DNA from: Octopus vulgaris
Taxonomy: Eukaryota
Direction: 5' to 3'
DNA length: 64,000 nucleotides
NCBI GenBank assembly: GCA_951406725.2
Contig: OX597823.1
Coordinates: 109,740,001 to 109,804,000 of the forward strand
The notes under the pieces were generated by a model. The model had not been told where the DNA came from. It worked only from the letters and a program-made list of their open reading frames with translations, and did no database searches. This document shows, one piece after another, positions 13,127 through 27,939 of this stretch (position 1 is the first letter of the stretch; every line of letters starts with the position of its first letter). Both the position numbers and the translations under genes were made by a program.

Positions 13127-14039
13127 CGTATATATATAGTTGCTTGGAAATGGAAGCATGGCAATCAATTAAATAATAATACAATTAGTATATACACATC
13201 TTAACCTTCTTGATGCGACTCTACTCTATACTGTTTTCTCCTCCGTCCATCGCTATTTCCCTTTTCTTGCCTTCATTGTTTTCTATCTGTCTGTCTCTCC
13301 CCCTCTTTCTCTTTTTCTCTCTCTCGTTGCTCACACGCGACCATCATCCGTCTTTCTTCTCCTCGCGTGGCCATCTTTTTTTTCCTGCAGGACGTCCTAA
13401 GGGCTGGACGAATTCTATCTCTCTCTTCCATCTTGTCTCTTTTTAAAGAAGATATTTCTCCTGCGTTAGCTATTTTACCCTCGCTCTGGTCTAACGACCC
13501 TCCATGTTTGTTTTCGTTCGGTTTCCTTATATATCTCTGCTGTCCTGTTTTTGTTCTCAACATTGACCCTCCATAAATCCCAAATTTTATTTTGGTATTA
13601 TGGGAGCAACTCACTTGGAAGACTCATATTGTCATTCAATGCTCGAAATAAGGAGTAGATAGACAACCGACAACTGATGAAGAGTCATTCTTTGCTACTT
13701 TTTACTTGTCCTCTTTTCCATTTTTCTCTCGTTGTTTCCGTATTTAACTCAGTCGTTTTCGTATTTCCTGTTGTTTGCTGTTGGTGACGCCCTGTACACA
13801 CATATGCATATATATATGTAAGTATAAGATCGTTAATTTAAAATAAAATAACGAACTCATCATATATATTACATATATATATATATAAAACATACAGGAC
13901 AATTTGAAGAGCTCACGTGACAACCTACTAAGGGCAATGGAACACATCTGTAGCAGGGGAGAATTTCGACCTAGTTGAGTGTGATATGTTAGTAGAGCGG
14001 TGAAGTAGACAGCCATAAAATCAAAAAGGCAGATTTCGG

Positions 14040-14325
14040 AAAATGGGGGCAGCAAAGAACTACACTAGATAGCTATAAGGGAAACTAAGCAATAGGTTTA
14101 TTTAGTAAGAGCAGAAGCAGAAAACAAAGGCTTGCAATGTCTTATTGCATGAGGGTCAGAGGCATGGAATGGATGGACAGCGCTTTGCTTGCACTTAATA
14201 ATACTGTAAAGGAAGAAGCATAGAAGTGCTACTTGAGAATGCATAGGAACAAGACAGACCCCTGGATGTTGACCCAACAGAGGGACCAGTTATCATAGTT
14301 GATGGCAGTATGATAAATAAATTTG
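14040..14325 (+). mobile_element. Decayed RTE-type LINE fragment (endonuclease-RT linker)
   Basis: Broken translation GGSKEL...RETKQ.VYLVRAEAE...ALNNTVKEEA...DVDPTEGPVI resembles RTE ORF linker sequence. Confidence 0.5.
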
Positions 14326-14722
14326 GGAAATTGCTTAAATAGCAACGCAATTTCATAACTTAGATTGCATGGAGTTTATGACTTTTATTTTAATATTACC
14401 ATGAGGAGCAGAAAGGAAATGAAAAGCGTAAGATTGAAGCCGCCATTTTTGTACGTGTCGTTCACAAAGGTTTTTAAGCAAAGAACGTAAGGATAAGCGT
14501 TTCTTTCGAACTTACATTCTGATATTTGAAAGAAAATTCAGGTCGGGAATATTCTAAAGAAAACAAGCTTAGTTAACCAGATGCTGATCAGAAACGAGGA
14601 ACTCGGAGTATTGCAAATCGGAACCTTTCAGTTATAATGTATCAAAGAATATTCTATATTTCTATCGAGTCCTATGTTTATCGCTTGATCGCTTCTGTTG
14701 AACCAACAGATATTTTTACACA

Positions 14723-14806
<84 letters not shown>

Positions 14807-15424
14807 GTACATTCACAATTTATATTCATGAATTAACGACAATTAAACTGGAACTGGGTAATCGCTTTCTTTTACTTACTGCTACCACAGAGTTGATTAT
14901 CAGTGGAATATCTAATAGCTAACTCAGAGCAATTTGTATACAGTTCTTTGTAGCAGAAACTGCTGTAAGCAAATGAAAGTGATTACGAATCTCTTGTTCT
15001 TTTGTCATTAATTAATTGATTCCTGTTAAGCTCGGTACAGACGTGCTGGGTCACATAAGTGTCCTGAGCGGAGAACTTCTGACAAATCATGTATAAGTAT
15101 ATTGAGTTCTAACAACTGGTTATTGCTAGCGCTAGGCCTAGGCCGACATACACACATATATTTGTATATACATACATATATACATACACACACACAGACA
15201 GACGCACACATGTATATGTATTTACATGTATGAATATACAGATAAGTGCGGATCTATACATACGCACACATATGTATGTATTACATGATTGCATATGTGC
15301 GTGTGCATGTATGTATATATAGATATGTATTTATATATATATGTCAGTATAAATGTATATATATGTATGTTTGCTTGTATATTTATATATATGTGTGTGT
15401 ATATATATACATAAACACACATAT

Positions 15425-15463
<39 letters not shown>

Positions 15464-15562
15464 GATAGATAGATAGATAGATAGATAGATTCATAGATTC
15501 ATACCTACATACATACATGAATACATATATACAAAAACATACATACATAATGAATACATACA

Positions 15563-15607
<45 letters not shown>

Positions 15608-16361
15608 TTATATACGTACTTGCATACATAATACACTACCAATGCTTTCAACTTCGTCCCAACAGTTCTCTTTTATCTGTTTTCCTCTTTATTTTCCCGT
15701 TATCATGTCTCTATCTCCTATTTTCTTTTACTCGTTTTGTACGGTATTCCTCCTATATTTTCTATCCTTCCTCACTTCTCTTATTCTGCATAACAATATC
15801 TACATTTCTATTTACCTTACTGCTCGCATTTTACCGTTTACTGTCTTTTCTCTATACTCCACTGTTTCCCTGTCGTTTAATAACCGTCTCTGTTCCTTTT
15901 CTCCACGTATCTTTCCATTGCTCGCTTCCCATCATCGTTCTAGCGTTTCTCATTCACATTCTTTCTGTCTTCCTTCTTATGTCTTTATCTTAAACTTTCT
16001 TGTCTTTTGGTACGTCCCTTTTTACTTCTCTGCCCCTTTAGGGCCCCTCCCTGTTTCTTAGTCTCTGTCTTTCTTTCGACCCACTGTTACACTTTTCTTC
16101 TCTCCTCTCCTAAAACGTAGCACATGACCATACTCTTGGACAGTTAGGCTTTTCTGTTTGATTCCAGGTCCTGTTTTTCTAAGTTCTTTTTTAAATCGAG
16201 TTCCAGCTCATAGTGTTGCGGTGCTTAAATATATTTGACGTGATTTTTACGTTTATTTTTAAATTCGAAATGACCGCGTTCTTTCCTGCATGCCTACTCT
16301 AAATTCTGTCGTATAGCCAAAAGGCATTCTATGTATACAAATATTAGAGTCGTTTATTATA

Positions 16362-16713
16362 CAGGGTGATTCAAAAGTCGCCATACATAGGAATAATTTA
16401 TCTTTTTATAAGAAACAGTTTATAAGAACAGTTTCTTTTTTTTTTTATTTAACAGGCTCTTTATGGTTACCATTGTTTTGAATACACATTGCAATACGTT
16501 TACCCCAACTCATTGAGAACTCTTAATAGCACATCTGGTGATACGTGTGCAAAGGAGTTGGTAATGCGTTCCTTCAAATCCTTTATGTCTTCTATCTTTC
16601 TGTGATGCACCATGCCTTTAAATACCCCCAAAGATAGAGATCAAGAAAGCTAAAGGATCATATAAACTGTTTCTTATAAAAATATAATTTTTTCTATGTA
16701 TTGAATCACCCTG
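16362..16713 (-). mobile_element. Tc1/mariner deletion derivative with transposase C-terminal remnant
   Basis: TA-flanked TIRs CAGGGTGATTCAA...TTGAATCACCCTG, extending imperfectly ~60 bp; minus strand reads LDLYLWGYLKGMVHHRKIEDIKDLKERITNSFAHVSPDVL...KRIAMCIQNNGNH. Confidence 0.85.
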
Positions 16714-17331
16714 TATATTTAGTTTTCCGTTACTGATTTTGTTTTTGCGCTGAGAGTTTCATGTTCCCGTCCGTCGGACAGTTTTGTCTAGAATGGAACA
16801 AAAATAGGCTTATATGCATAAATATGCAATTAGTTTGACACAAACACATTTGAAAATGGTCCTGTTTCTTTGCTCCTTTCAACTAACGGTCTTTTCAATA
16901 ACCGGCTGCATGAAATAACAAATTGCAGTTTAGAATCATATTATAATAAAAAATCGAAGAAAACCTTAAATCAAAAATAGCTTATAAAAAAGGAAAAGGT
17001 CTAAATACCCAGGGTACATAATTAGCTTTAAAATATTAATAAATTAATAAATTTAAAGATATATCCGTTTAAAAATGTTTTCGTACTAGATTTCATATAC
17101 GTTTAGCAGTATATCCACATACACACATGTTATTGCATGCAACCAGTTATTGAAAAGACCGGTAGTTGAAAGGACCAAAGAAACCAGACCATTTTCAAAT
17201 GTGTATCTATCGAACTAATTGTATATTTATGCATATAACCTTCTTTTTGCTCCATTCTAAACAAAACTGCCCGGTAACGTAAAATTCTGAGTAACAGCTT
17301 TGGTGAAAGTTTTGCTGCTTTTTTATACATA

Positions 17332-19507
17332 CATGGATGCTAAAAGACCTTCAACTTGCTAAAGTTCCAGCGTCAGCATAGTCAAAGTTACAGCTGACAT
17401 GATTTCATCGTGGGCCACCATCGTGAAATTAAACACAAAGAATGACTATATTATCACTGATAGAATATAGTATCGCAAAGTATTGCAAGGGGACAGCCTG
17501 TCTGTGATGTTGGTTATACTTTCTCTAAACCCCTTGTCATTCATGTTAGGGAAATCTGAAGGATATCTCACTGGTTCACAAGGAAACAGAAATATCAACA
17601 TTACACACTGTTTGTGAATGACTTGAAACTTTATGCTAAGAATATGTATGAGATGGAAAAGAGCCTTGATCTAGTTACAACATTCTCATAGGATGTAGAG
17701 TTGGAGTTTGCTCAGGATAAAATTTGTTACATGTTTGTGGGAAAGGAGAAAACTGTAAACCAGACTAGCAGCATCTCCATCATTGATTTGACTGTTACCC
17801 CTATATCTGACTGAAGTATTTAGGGGCGAAAGAAGACATATCTTACAATGGTGCTTGTAACAAAACACGTGTCACTAAAAAATATTACAGCCTAAGAAAA
17901 AGAAACTGAGGCCTCAGAACTCTCTGCATTCAATATAACGGTGGCCCACAATGTGCTTGCAGTGACAGTACTCACAACCAACAGTTATGCTGCTTCATTG
18001 GATGCTTAATGATATCCGAGCCATTGATGTGAAAACCCGAAAATACTAACAAGCACGTATAATTTCCACATAAACAGTGACGTAGAACGCCGCTACGTAA
18101 AAGGAAAACAAGGCGGTAGAGGCTTAACAACGATCCAAAATGGATTTGAATGTCGCATCATATCTCCCCGGCAACATCTCTTAACCACCAAGTGTTGAAG
18201 TACATTCCTTGACCAAGTTTGCATACATGAGGCTGATAAGATCATAAGACTTAAAAGGAAGCTCCATGAACAATACCCTTTATCTGATAACCTACAATAC
18301 ATGCCCAAAGAAGTCGCACGACTCTACTGCAATGTATCATCAGATGAAGGGATGAGCCTATAAGAGAGGAGACTACGCATGGATATGTTAGTAGAAAAGC
18401 CCCGAGATGTTCAGCAAAATCTTCTAACCAAGAAGACTCGAAGTGCATACCTCTACCAAGATTGAATACATAAGACTTGGAAGGCAGCTCCTTGCGCAGC
18501 ATTCCTTGTGTGATAACCTTAAATACATACCCAAAGAAGTCGCACGACTCTACTGCAACGTGTGATTAGATGAAAGGGTGAACCTGTGTGAGCAGAAGAT
18601 TATGCATGAGTATGTTAGTAGAAAACTCTGAGATGATAGTAACATTGTTCATCAAAGCAGTCTATCATGGAACAACAACCAGATTACTACCTCCCACTTT
18701 GAAGGGTATGCGTTTGCTATCCAAGAACAGGAAATGTCAACTAAGTACCTGATGCACAAAAGGAATAGAGATACAGGAAAAGCTGTAAAATGTGGCAACC
18801 GATGTAGACTTTGTGGGGTTCATACTGAAGATATCACCCACATCATAAGTAGTTGTCCGGAAATGTCATCGCGGCATTATCTACCGATGAGAGATGATGT
18901 TGTAGCTAGGACACTCTATAATGAAATCCGTCGGTAGGATAATCCGGAGGACAAAGAAATTAGAACCCACAATATGGTAGAAGACATAGCCACTCATAAT
19001 AGAAAGGAATACAGGTGGAATATACCCGTGAAGATCTCAATAAAATGTAAGCACAACAGACTTGATATAATGATTAAGGTTAGAGGAGAAAAATTGTGTA
19101 CAGTTGTAGAAATTAGCTGCCCATGCGGCTGTTCACATAGAGTTGAAGATCAGTGGAAATGGGAATACCTACGCTGAACTATTGAGAAATCTGCAGTTAC
19201 TCCATCCAGATTACAAGTTCAGATTTATACCTGTAATTATTGGGGTCCTTGGATATGTAACACACTGCCTAAATACCAGTCTTGAGAAATTAGGCTTCTC
19301 AAAACCAGTAAGGTGAAAGCTAATTCGAAGAATACAGATCTAATCCATCACTGGAACTGCAAAAATCTGTAAGACTTTCCTGAAATTTATCATTTAAATA
19401 TATATATGAGCATGTCTAGATATGCAAATATATGCATGAAAATACATATATAAAACATACAAATCTGCACATAAACATACATACATACATGCATCCATCC
19501 ATCCATT

Positions 19508-19569
<62 letters not shown>

Positions 19570-19660
19570 TACATACATACATACCTTGTTGATGTTGAGA
19601 TTCAAATAAAGAAACCTGGGATCTAGGTTAGAAACAAGCTCTTTCCCTATTGGCAAGTGA
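17332..19660 (+). mobile_element. 5'-truncated, decayed RLE-type non-LTR retrotransposon (R4/Dong-like, family C)
   Basis: In order: QGDSLS, FVNDLKLYA (YxDD region), YVKGKQGGRGL, FEGYAFAIQEQE, CRLC...THIISSC zinc knuckle, KHNRLDI...VEISCP endonuclease, IPVIIGVLG, stop ~19397; many stops and frameshifts; internal ~125-bp duplication. Confidence 0.88.
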
Positions 19661-21133
19661 TACATACATACATACATACATAAATATAAACACAAATATA
19701 TACACACCAGTTACATACATGTTATTCGTGTGACAAAGTACATACTTTGTCTATCAGTGACATATTTTCTTTACAGTTTCCATATCTCTCATATATGTAT
19801 ATGTTTATCGTGTTTTCTATATCCAAACTCAGAAACGCTGAAAATATCCCATAACAAAAATCTGTACGAATTCATTGATGATTGCTAAAGGAAAAAAGAC
19901 ATTTCAATCCCTATGCCACTTACGATATCACTCAGGCACTGTCTTAGAAGCGATCGAGCGTTAGAAAAATAGAAGTGAAACAATGTGTAGATATTTGAAA
20001 TTTGTAATTGTTTTAAAATGCACGTGAATGAAGTTTTAAATAAGCTTCGAGAATACAAAGTAGAGATTATACATCATTGAAAATACATTACTTTGAGAAG
20101 GATTATACTTTGTATTAGTGAGAGTTTGTCTAAACATACGCTTGTGCGAAATATTCGAGCGTGATTTATGGTGCGATTGAGTTGGTTTCGTAGTTGAAGA
20201 GAAAATGATTGCGATAAGGATAAGAAATATATGTAGAAAACATACGGGTATAAGTATATATAAATGTGTGTATGTGTGTATATGTGCGTGTGTGTATGTG
20301 TGTGTGTGTCTGTGTATATGTGTAAGTGTGTGTCAGTGTGTGTTACCAATATATTTGGTCATAGATACATATATCCAATAACAGCTTCACTCATTTGAAC
20401 GTTACTTGAAGTTTCGTGGGTAAAGAAAGTTCCATTTGAACTGGGCCAAGCTGTTTTACATATATATCGTTAAAGATTTAGAGAAACATATTTGATATCG
20501 TAAAATTAAGCGTACATATATATTTTTGTACTTAGTCAATATCTTCATATCCGTTCTTCATTTTTAAGATCCATTCATATATATATATATATATATATAT
20601 ACAGACTTATTCGTATACAAGTATGCCTGTATATATGCATGCATATATATATATATGTATGTAAGTATGTATGTATATGTGTATATATGTATATGTGTGT
20701 GTATACATATATATATATGTGTGTCTACATATGTATGTATGAATATGTTTATATATATATATACATATACACATACATCCTAACGCACACGCGCGCAAAC
20801 ATGAGCAAGCCCACTGAGACACCTCTTAGATTCTATTATATTAAGCATTCTCACCTCTCCAGTTAGCAGGAAAGAAACAAAAAGCATTTCGAAACGAAAG
20901 GAGGAACACACTTTGGAACGATTAAAAAAACAGGAACTGCATATAAACAACATATACAGACATATGTCCATATAGCTCTGTGCGCGCACACCCATATGTA
21001 AACGTATATGTATGCATGTATGTATATAAATATATATATATATATAACTGTCTATCTATCTATATATATATAATATAAACACACATATGTATATATGCAT
21101 ACATGCATATAGATATATACGTATGCAAACATA

Positions 21134-21208
<75 letters not shown>

Positions 21209-21929
21209 ACATATGTGTGTGTGTGTGTGTGTATTTATGTATGTATGTAGACAAAATGGAAGAGTGTGGCAAATAAAACCTCAGCTACCACACCCTTTTC
21301 AAAGGATTACATTGAATAATACAACAAAGAAAATTAGTTTTAACAAATAAAATTTTATAAAACGTATTCTTTATCTACTTAACTATTTCTTTCATTGAAA
21401 TCTTTTGGTTTCAGAGATCAGTTTCCATCAGAAATTACTTTTTATTTATTTAACGTTTTTGCTTCCCAGTTTTTTTCTTATTCAATTACACATAGCTTCC
21501 ATTTGTGCTTAATGGCTTAAGGGGCTGAAAGGGAAAACAAAAACAAAAAGCAAAAACAAGAATAATCAGAAACAAATAAAGAAAAGATTTAGAAATATAA
21601 AATTTAAAGATATTTCTGCAGGTTCATTGAGTTTTTAAACCTTTGTTTAGAATATCTTTTCTGTTTTCTATTTTCTTTGTGAAGGATTTACCAGACACTT
21701 TTTAAACTACTCCATATCTTGATATGTTTGGTAAAGTGAGATGAGCACTTAAGTGGCTTTGTGTTGGATGATCCCCATTTCTGCAATCTTCTCTTACAGT
21801 ATACATACGTATGTATATAAATGCCAGTCAGTGCGTGTGTATGTGAGTGTGAGTGTTTAAAAGTGTGTCTGGGTTTTTTCCAGTACATATCTATGAGTTT
21901 GAGTATACATGTATTAATATAAATATGCA

Positions 21930-21967
<38 letters not shown>

Positions 21968-22055
21968 ATACATACAGGCATATATATGTACTTATATACA
22001 TACATATATGTATATAGGTATGTATATATTTATATATATATATATGTATATATGT

Positions 22056-22149
<94 letters not shown>

Positions 22150-23749
22150 CATTCCCACTTCTCATTATCCTCTTCTATTGTCCTGTGTTCTCAAGCCGTT
22201 CCTCTAACACACCCATTTCGTCACTTTTATTTTGAAAATCTTATACTCTTCCAACAGCTGTATTATTCGTCTGTTTTCCTTTTTGTATATATCCCTCTGT
22301 AGGTATTATGTATATCTATATATGTATATACGTATGCATTGATATATATATATATATATATACATACTGATATACAGAAGAGAAAGAGTTTGTCATAGTT
22401 ATATATAAGCTTGTTCATTCTATTTTGTATGATGACCTGCGTTGAGCTTAATAAGACTACAATTTGAAAACCTTGAAACTTACGTTTATTTAATTACGCC
22501 ATGTTTGGGTCATGTTTCTGTTGTGACAAGTAGCTCTTATAATCATGAAAGCGTTAATTATTCATAAATGTAATTTGTTCACCCGCGGATTTCAGCTTCG
22601 AATCTGCCAATTAATATAAGCAAGGTTTACCTTTCAAAAATCGTCAACGTGTTTTACCACACTCACCCGAAACCGTTAACACACCCACTTAATCCTTCGG
22701 TGTATTGAACCACCTAAGACACAAGGAGCAATTGAGACATATTTAACAAGATGAAAACAACGAATTACGACATCTGGGTGTTTTGAATGAACAACAATGA
22801 ATATTTTTAACGTAGGTGACGTACCGAAATTTTGTGACACACACTAGTTAAGGACTAGTGTAAAGGCTCACAGGATGTCTTTTATATACATTTCTTCTCT
22901 TTACTAGTACTTTATTCTACCTAGTAGGATTCTCTTTAGAAAGATTTGGATTCAGATGTTAAATGCCTATAATATCATTCCCAGGTTAATTTTTCTGTCC
23001 CTCTATCGATTCTGATATGTGCAGGTCTCCAAATTAATAATACAAATTGTGACAATCAACTTAGGACGCTTCTACTAAAAAAAAAAACAAGAAAAAATTT
23101 GTATATAAGGGTTAGTATCAGAAAGAGTACTGGCCCTTAAATATTCATAAAAATAGTGTGGCGAAGAATCTGCTGAAATATTACATTCAAATGTATCTAT
23201 TCTGAAGACATCTGTTGTCCATATGTAAAATGCAGCAAAATGTCTGCCAGCGTTTCTGTGAGATATTTGAAATTGTTCAAACGATCAGAATCAAACACAG
23301 AGATGTGAAGCGAGCTTCAAAAATTTGGCGTAGCCTTTTATTTCCAGAAGTGAAGGTAAATGTGAAGTTTCATGTTTGGTGGACAACGATTGAACATGTA
23401 GGATCTGTGGCGTTAGACTTGGATCGAATGAATAACCAGAGATATAGTCAATGATTCTACCATAGATTCACGTCGATCAAAACTTTGTGAATGGGATTTT
23501 ATAAACACAAATTTTGTGGGACGTTATATGAGAGATCAACTAATATTACGTATAGCTAGACAATTGTCATATGTTTTGACAACATGTCACTCGGTTTAAA
23601 ATATATAATTGTGAATGTGCACTTGCAATAACACGTATACAAACAAAACCACAAGCACGCAAGCCCACAGACATACAGGCACTCTCTCTCCCTCCCTGTC
23701 TCTCCATGTCTGTCTGTCTAACTATCAAACACACACATGTATATTAACG

Positions 23750-23960
23750 TTTATCTTTTACTTCTTTCTGTCATTAGACTGAGGCCATGTTGCTCACCGT
23801 CTTGTGGTGGGGGTTCTTTAGTTCAAAGAATAAATCCTGATACTTATTTTGAACCCTGGTATCGATTTCATCGAAACGCTGTGTGACGAGGAGCTAAACT
23901 CACAGTTACCGCTGTTAACGGCGGTGATGGAGCAACTACTGACACAAAGACACATACACA
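23750..23960 (-). mobile_element. Old diverged SINE family 1 fragment (3' half)
   Basis: TCTTTTACTT...GTCATTAGACTGAGGCCATG matches the reverse complement of the family 1 tail. Confidence 0.5.
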
Positions 23961-24000
23961 TAGATATGTACGGATAGACACAGACACACAGACACACACA

Positions 24001-24665
24001 GGTTCTTGCATATAAACTGAGACCAATCTTAAGCAGTTGGCTTAGCGGGTTTAACATAAAACCATAAAAGAAAAATTTAATCGGCACTTAGGGTGTTGAA
24101 TAACATCTGTATTGCTACACATAAGAGTTAAATATATATACTGACAGGGGGTTCTAGCTGAACCATCCAAGCAATGGGGACAGACATAGATGAAAAGTCT
24201 GAAATTAACAGACAAAATAAGCCTACTCCAGTGGTTTTCAGCTTTGCTCATTGGTGGTTATCTTCCCTATCAATGTATATAAATATACGCTTATGCAGCT
24301 TTAAGGGTTTAACTCTTATTTCTAGCAAGATAGGTGCTATTCAGCAACCTCAGTCACAATTAGTGACGATTAAAGTTTTCTTTAATGGTTTTATGCTTCG
24401 TGTAACTGCTTATTTTAATATTTAGTGCACACATAAGCATTTCCCTCAATCAGTGATAAAATTTTATGGTAACTTCATCTACTGACACAGGGTTTATCTT
24501 AACCGTCTCAGCAATAGGGATAGGCACTGTTGAGGAGTTGCAATTAACAGACGAAACTAGATTACTCCAACGGTTTTCAGCTTTACTCCCCTATCACTAT
24601 ATATACATGTGCGCTCATGCAGTTTTAAGCGTTTTAAAACAGTACAGGTTCTGTTCAGCACCCTC
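24001..24665 (+). mobile_element. Decayed PLE-like element with two direct pLTR-like repeats, an inverted segment and hammerhead relics
   Basis: 24140-24250 resembles 24480-24590 (shared AATTAACAGAC, TACTCCA..GGTTTTCAGCTTT); 24050-24110 is inverted relative to 24330-24400; CTGTTGA...AACAGAC-GAAAC-TAG at ~24527-24560. Confidence 0.5.
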
Positions 24666-24687
24666 ATTCACAATTATACATACATGT

Positions 24688-24758
<71 letters not shown>

Positions 24759-25023
24759 TGTGTGTATATATGTTTGTATGTGTGTAAGTATATATGTATG
24801 TATATATTCGTACGCATATTTATATCTGACATTTGTATGTTGTCTTCTACGTCATTATAAGCACCCGTAGAAGTACACACACACACACATTCACACACTT
24901 ATACACACATACTCATATGCAGAAATGATTAGTGTTGAATGTGTTTGAAACAATACCCACTGGTCTCTTACAATCTGAATTCCTCACCAAACATACACAT
25001 ATATGTATTTGTCCATCTTTCTC

Positions 25024-25072
<49 letters not shown>

Positions 25073-25127
25073 TAATGATGATGATGATGATAATAATAAT
25101 AATAATAGTAACAACAATAATAATAAC

Positions 25128-25159
<32 letters not shown>

Positions 25160-25238
25160 TAATAAAAGTCTGGGTGTGTTGTGTGCCTGTATGTAACATT
25201 TTTTCATTTCTTATACATAATGTATGTGTATATATATA

Positions 25239-25270
<32 letters not shown>

Positions 25271-25291
25271 ATTATGTATGTATGAATATTC

Positions 25292-25397
<106 letters not shown>

Positions 25398-25530
25398 TCA
25401 GGTAGTTGAATTCGTGTAAGTAAACATATTTATGGATGCTTTATACAAGTAAAAACATATTTTACTATTATAGTTAAAGAAAGAGTCTCGGTTTATCTAT
25501 ATATATATATATATATAGATAGATAGATAA

Positions 25531-25565
<35 letters not shown>

Positions 25566-25637
25566 TGTATGTATGTATCTATCTGTCTGTATATCTATCT
25601 ATCTGTCTGTATATCTATCTTTCTGTCTATCTATCTG

Positions 25638-25744
<107 letters not shown>

Positions 25745-25951
25745 TTATCGATATATCTATCTATGAATTTATGTATGTATGTATGCATATTTGTATGTAC
25801 GCATATGCATACATACAAATACAAATACACATGCAGACACACACACATACACACACATACATATATAAAAAAATGGAGACGCACTCATAACAATACACGT
25901 GTAGTCATATAAAAATGTCTACTTGTATAAAACATCCATGAACATATTCAC

Positions 25952-26115
<164 letters not shown>

Positions 26116-26549
26116 CACACACACATTCACGCAAGCACCTTCAGAAACACACATCTCCGAGCGCACGCAGACACACACATACAGACACATGTACTTGCAG
26201 AGAGAGAGGAGAAGACAGGAAAAGTAGATAAATATGTGAATGCGAGTGTGATAGTTGACATTGTAAGTGACCAGTGTCTAATGTTTATAAGAAATGGTCC
26301 CTGATAGACAGAGATGGAGTCTTTGATGTAAAGATTTAAATTGAAAATTGAATTTCTATATGGTTTGTTTGTGAGACATTTTTATGTCCATTGCATCGTT
26401 TACTTTCACTTTATAATTTGAAAGAGTTACACATAAAAACAGGCACGTATATGCGTATACATACCATATTTACACAAACACACACACACAACCACACACA
26501 TATATATGTATATATAGATTGATAGATACATATATACATACATATACTT

Positions 26550-26663
<114 letters not shown>

Positions 26664-26672
26664 CATACATTC

Positions 26673-26733
<61 letters not shown>

Positions 26734-27939
26734 TGTACTTATGTATATATGTATGTATAATCGTAAGTATCCGCATAGGTTCATACACACATACGCGCAC
26801 GTATATATATTTGTGTGACTATTCATAACCCTGTCTCTCTCTCTCTAACACACACACACACACACTCATATACGCACATATATTTTTATGAGTGTGTTTG
26901 CATATATGTGTGCTTGGGTTTTTATGTATATATATATATGTGTGTATACTTTATCTATTACGTTGTTTAGTTTCCAATTAATTTCTTGATTGTTTTCACG
27001 TTGATCTTATTCATCTTGTTTGTTTTTAATTTCACCTGGGCTATTTATTTCTATTTTCATGAAAATCATCTAAATATTACATAGATATATTGATTTCTTA
27101 ACTCACCAAATTTTTATAGTGTAAAGTTGTCTTTATCTTTGTTTGGTTTAACAAAATATTTGTGAAGGATATTATTTTTGCTGCTGTAGCTTTTGTTGTT
27201 GTTTAACACCAGGTCATCTCTTAGGGAGCAGAATTATGCTTGTATGACGTTTAATCATGTCAAACCCTTGTTTTTGCATATCAAGTGTATCTTGTCTCTT
27301 GAGTCTTTTAGTCTTTCTTAATTTAAGACAGTTGTGTGTGTGTTAGTTGTATAATTTGATATAAGTTTTTAGAAAGAAGAATGAACACAAAGAAAATCTT
27401 TTGTAGGCTCAAGAACATTGCAGTTGTTACATTTTATGAAATATTTTATACTTAAAGTAGGTAATAGGGTTATCGACTTGAGTCGGAGGAAATGGTACTC
27501 TATAATGCCGCCTACGTATATATTGTGTAAAAGTTTGATCAAAATCGATCACAGCAGAATTGAACGCAGAGCGTAAAGACTGATGGAATGCTTCGAAGAA
27601 TTTTGTCCGGCGTACTAACGATCCTTATTTCTCTATTGCCCACAATGGACTAAACATACAAGGGACAAACAAGGACAGACAAAGGGATTAAGTCGATTAC
27701 ATCGACCCCAGTGCGTAACTGTGGTTGATCATGTTTACATAAAATCGGTATCGATTGTGTAAAAGTTTGATCAAAAGTGCTTCAGCCAAGACCCCAGCGG
27801 ATATTATTTCTGCTCACCAGTTAAGCATTATCGGTGTTCTTGTTTTGTTTAGTTTTATATAAACAAGTGAAACTTATCTGTGAACAGTTCCCATCTGAAA
27901 AAGTTATCATAAATGCCTGACTTTCATTGACTGGTCTTC

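Noticed and set aside
22842-22860. CACTAGT-taagg-ACTAGTG hairpin as a Helitron 3' end
   Set aside because: The CTAG lies within the hairpin rather than downstream of it, and no 5' end was identified
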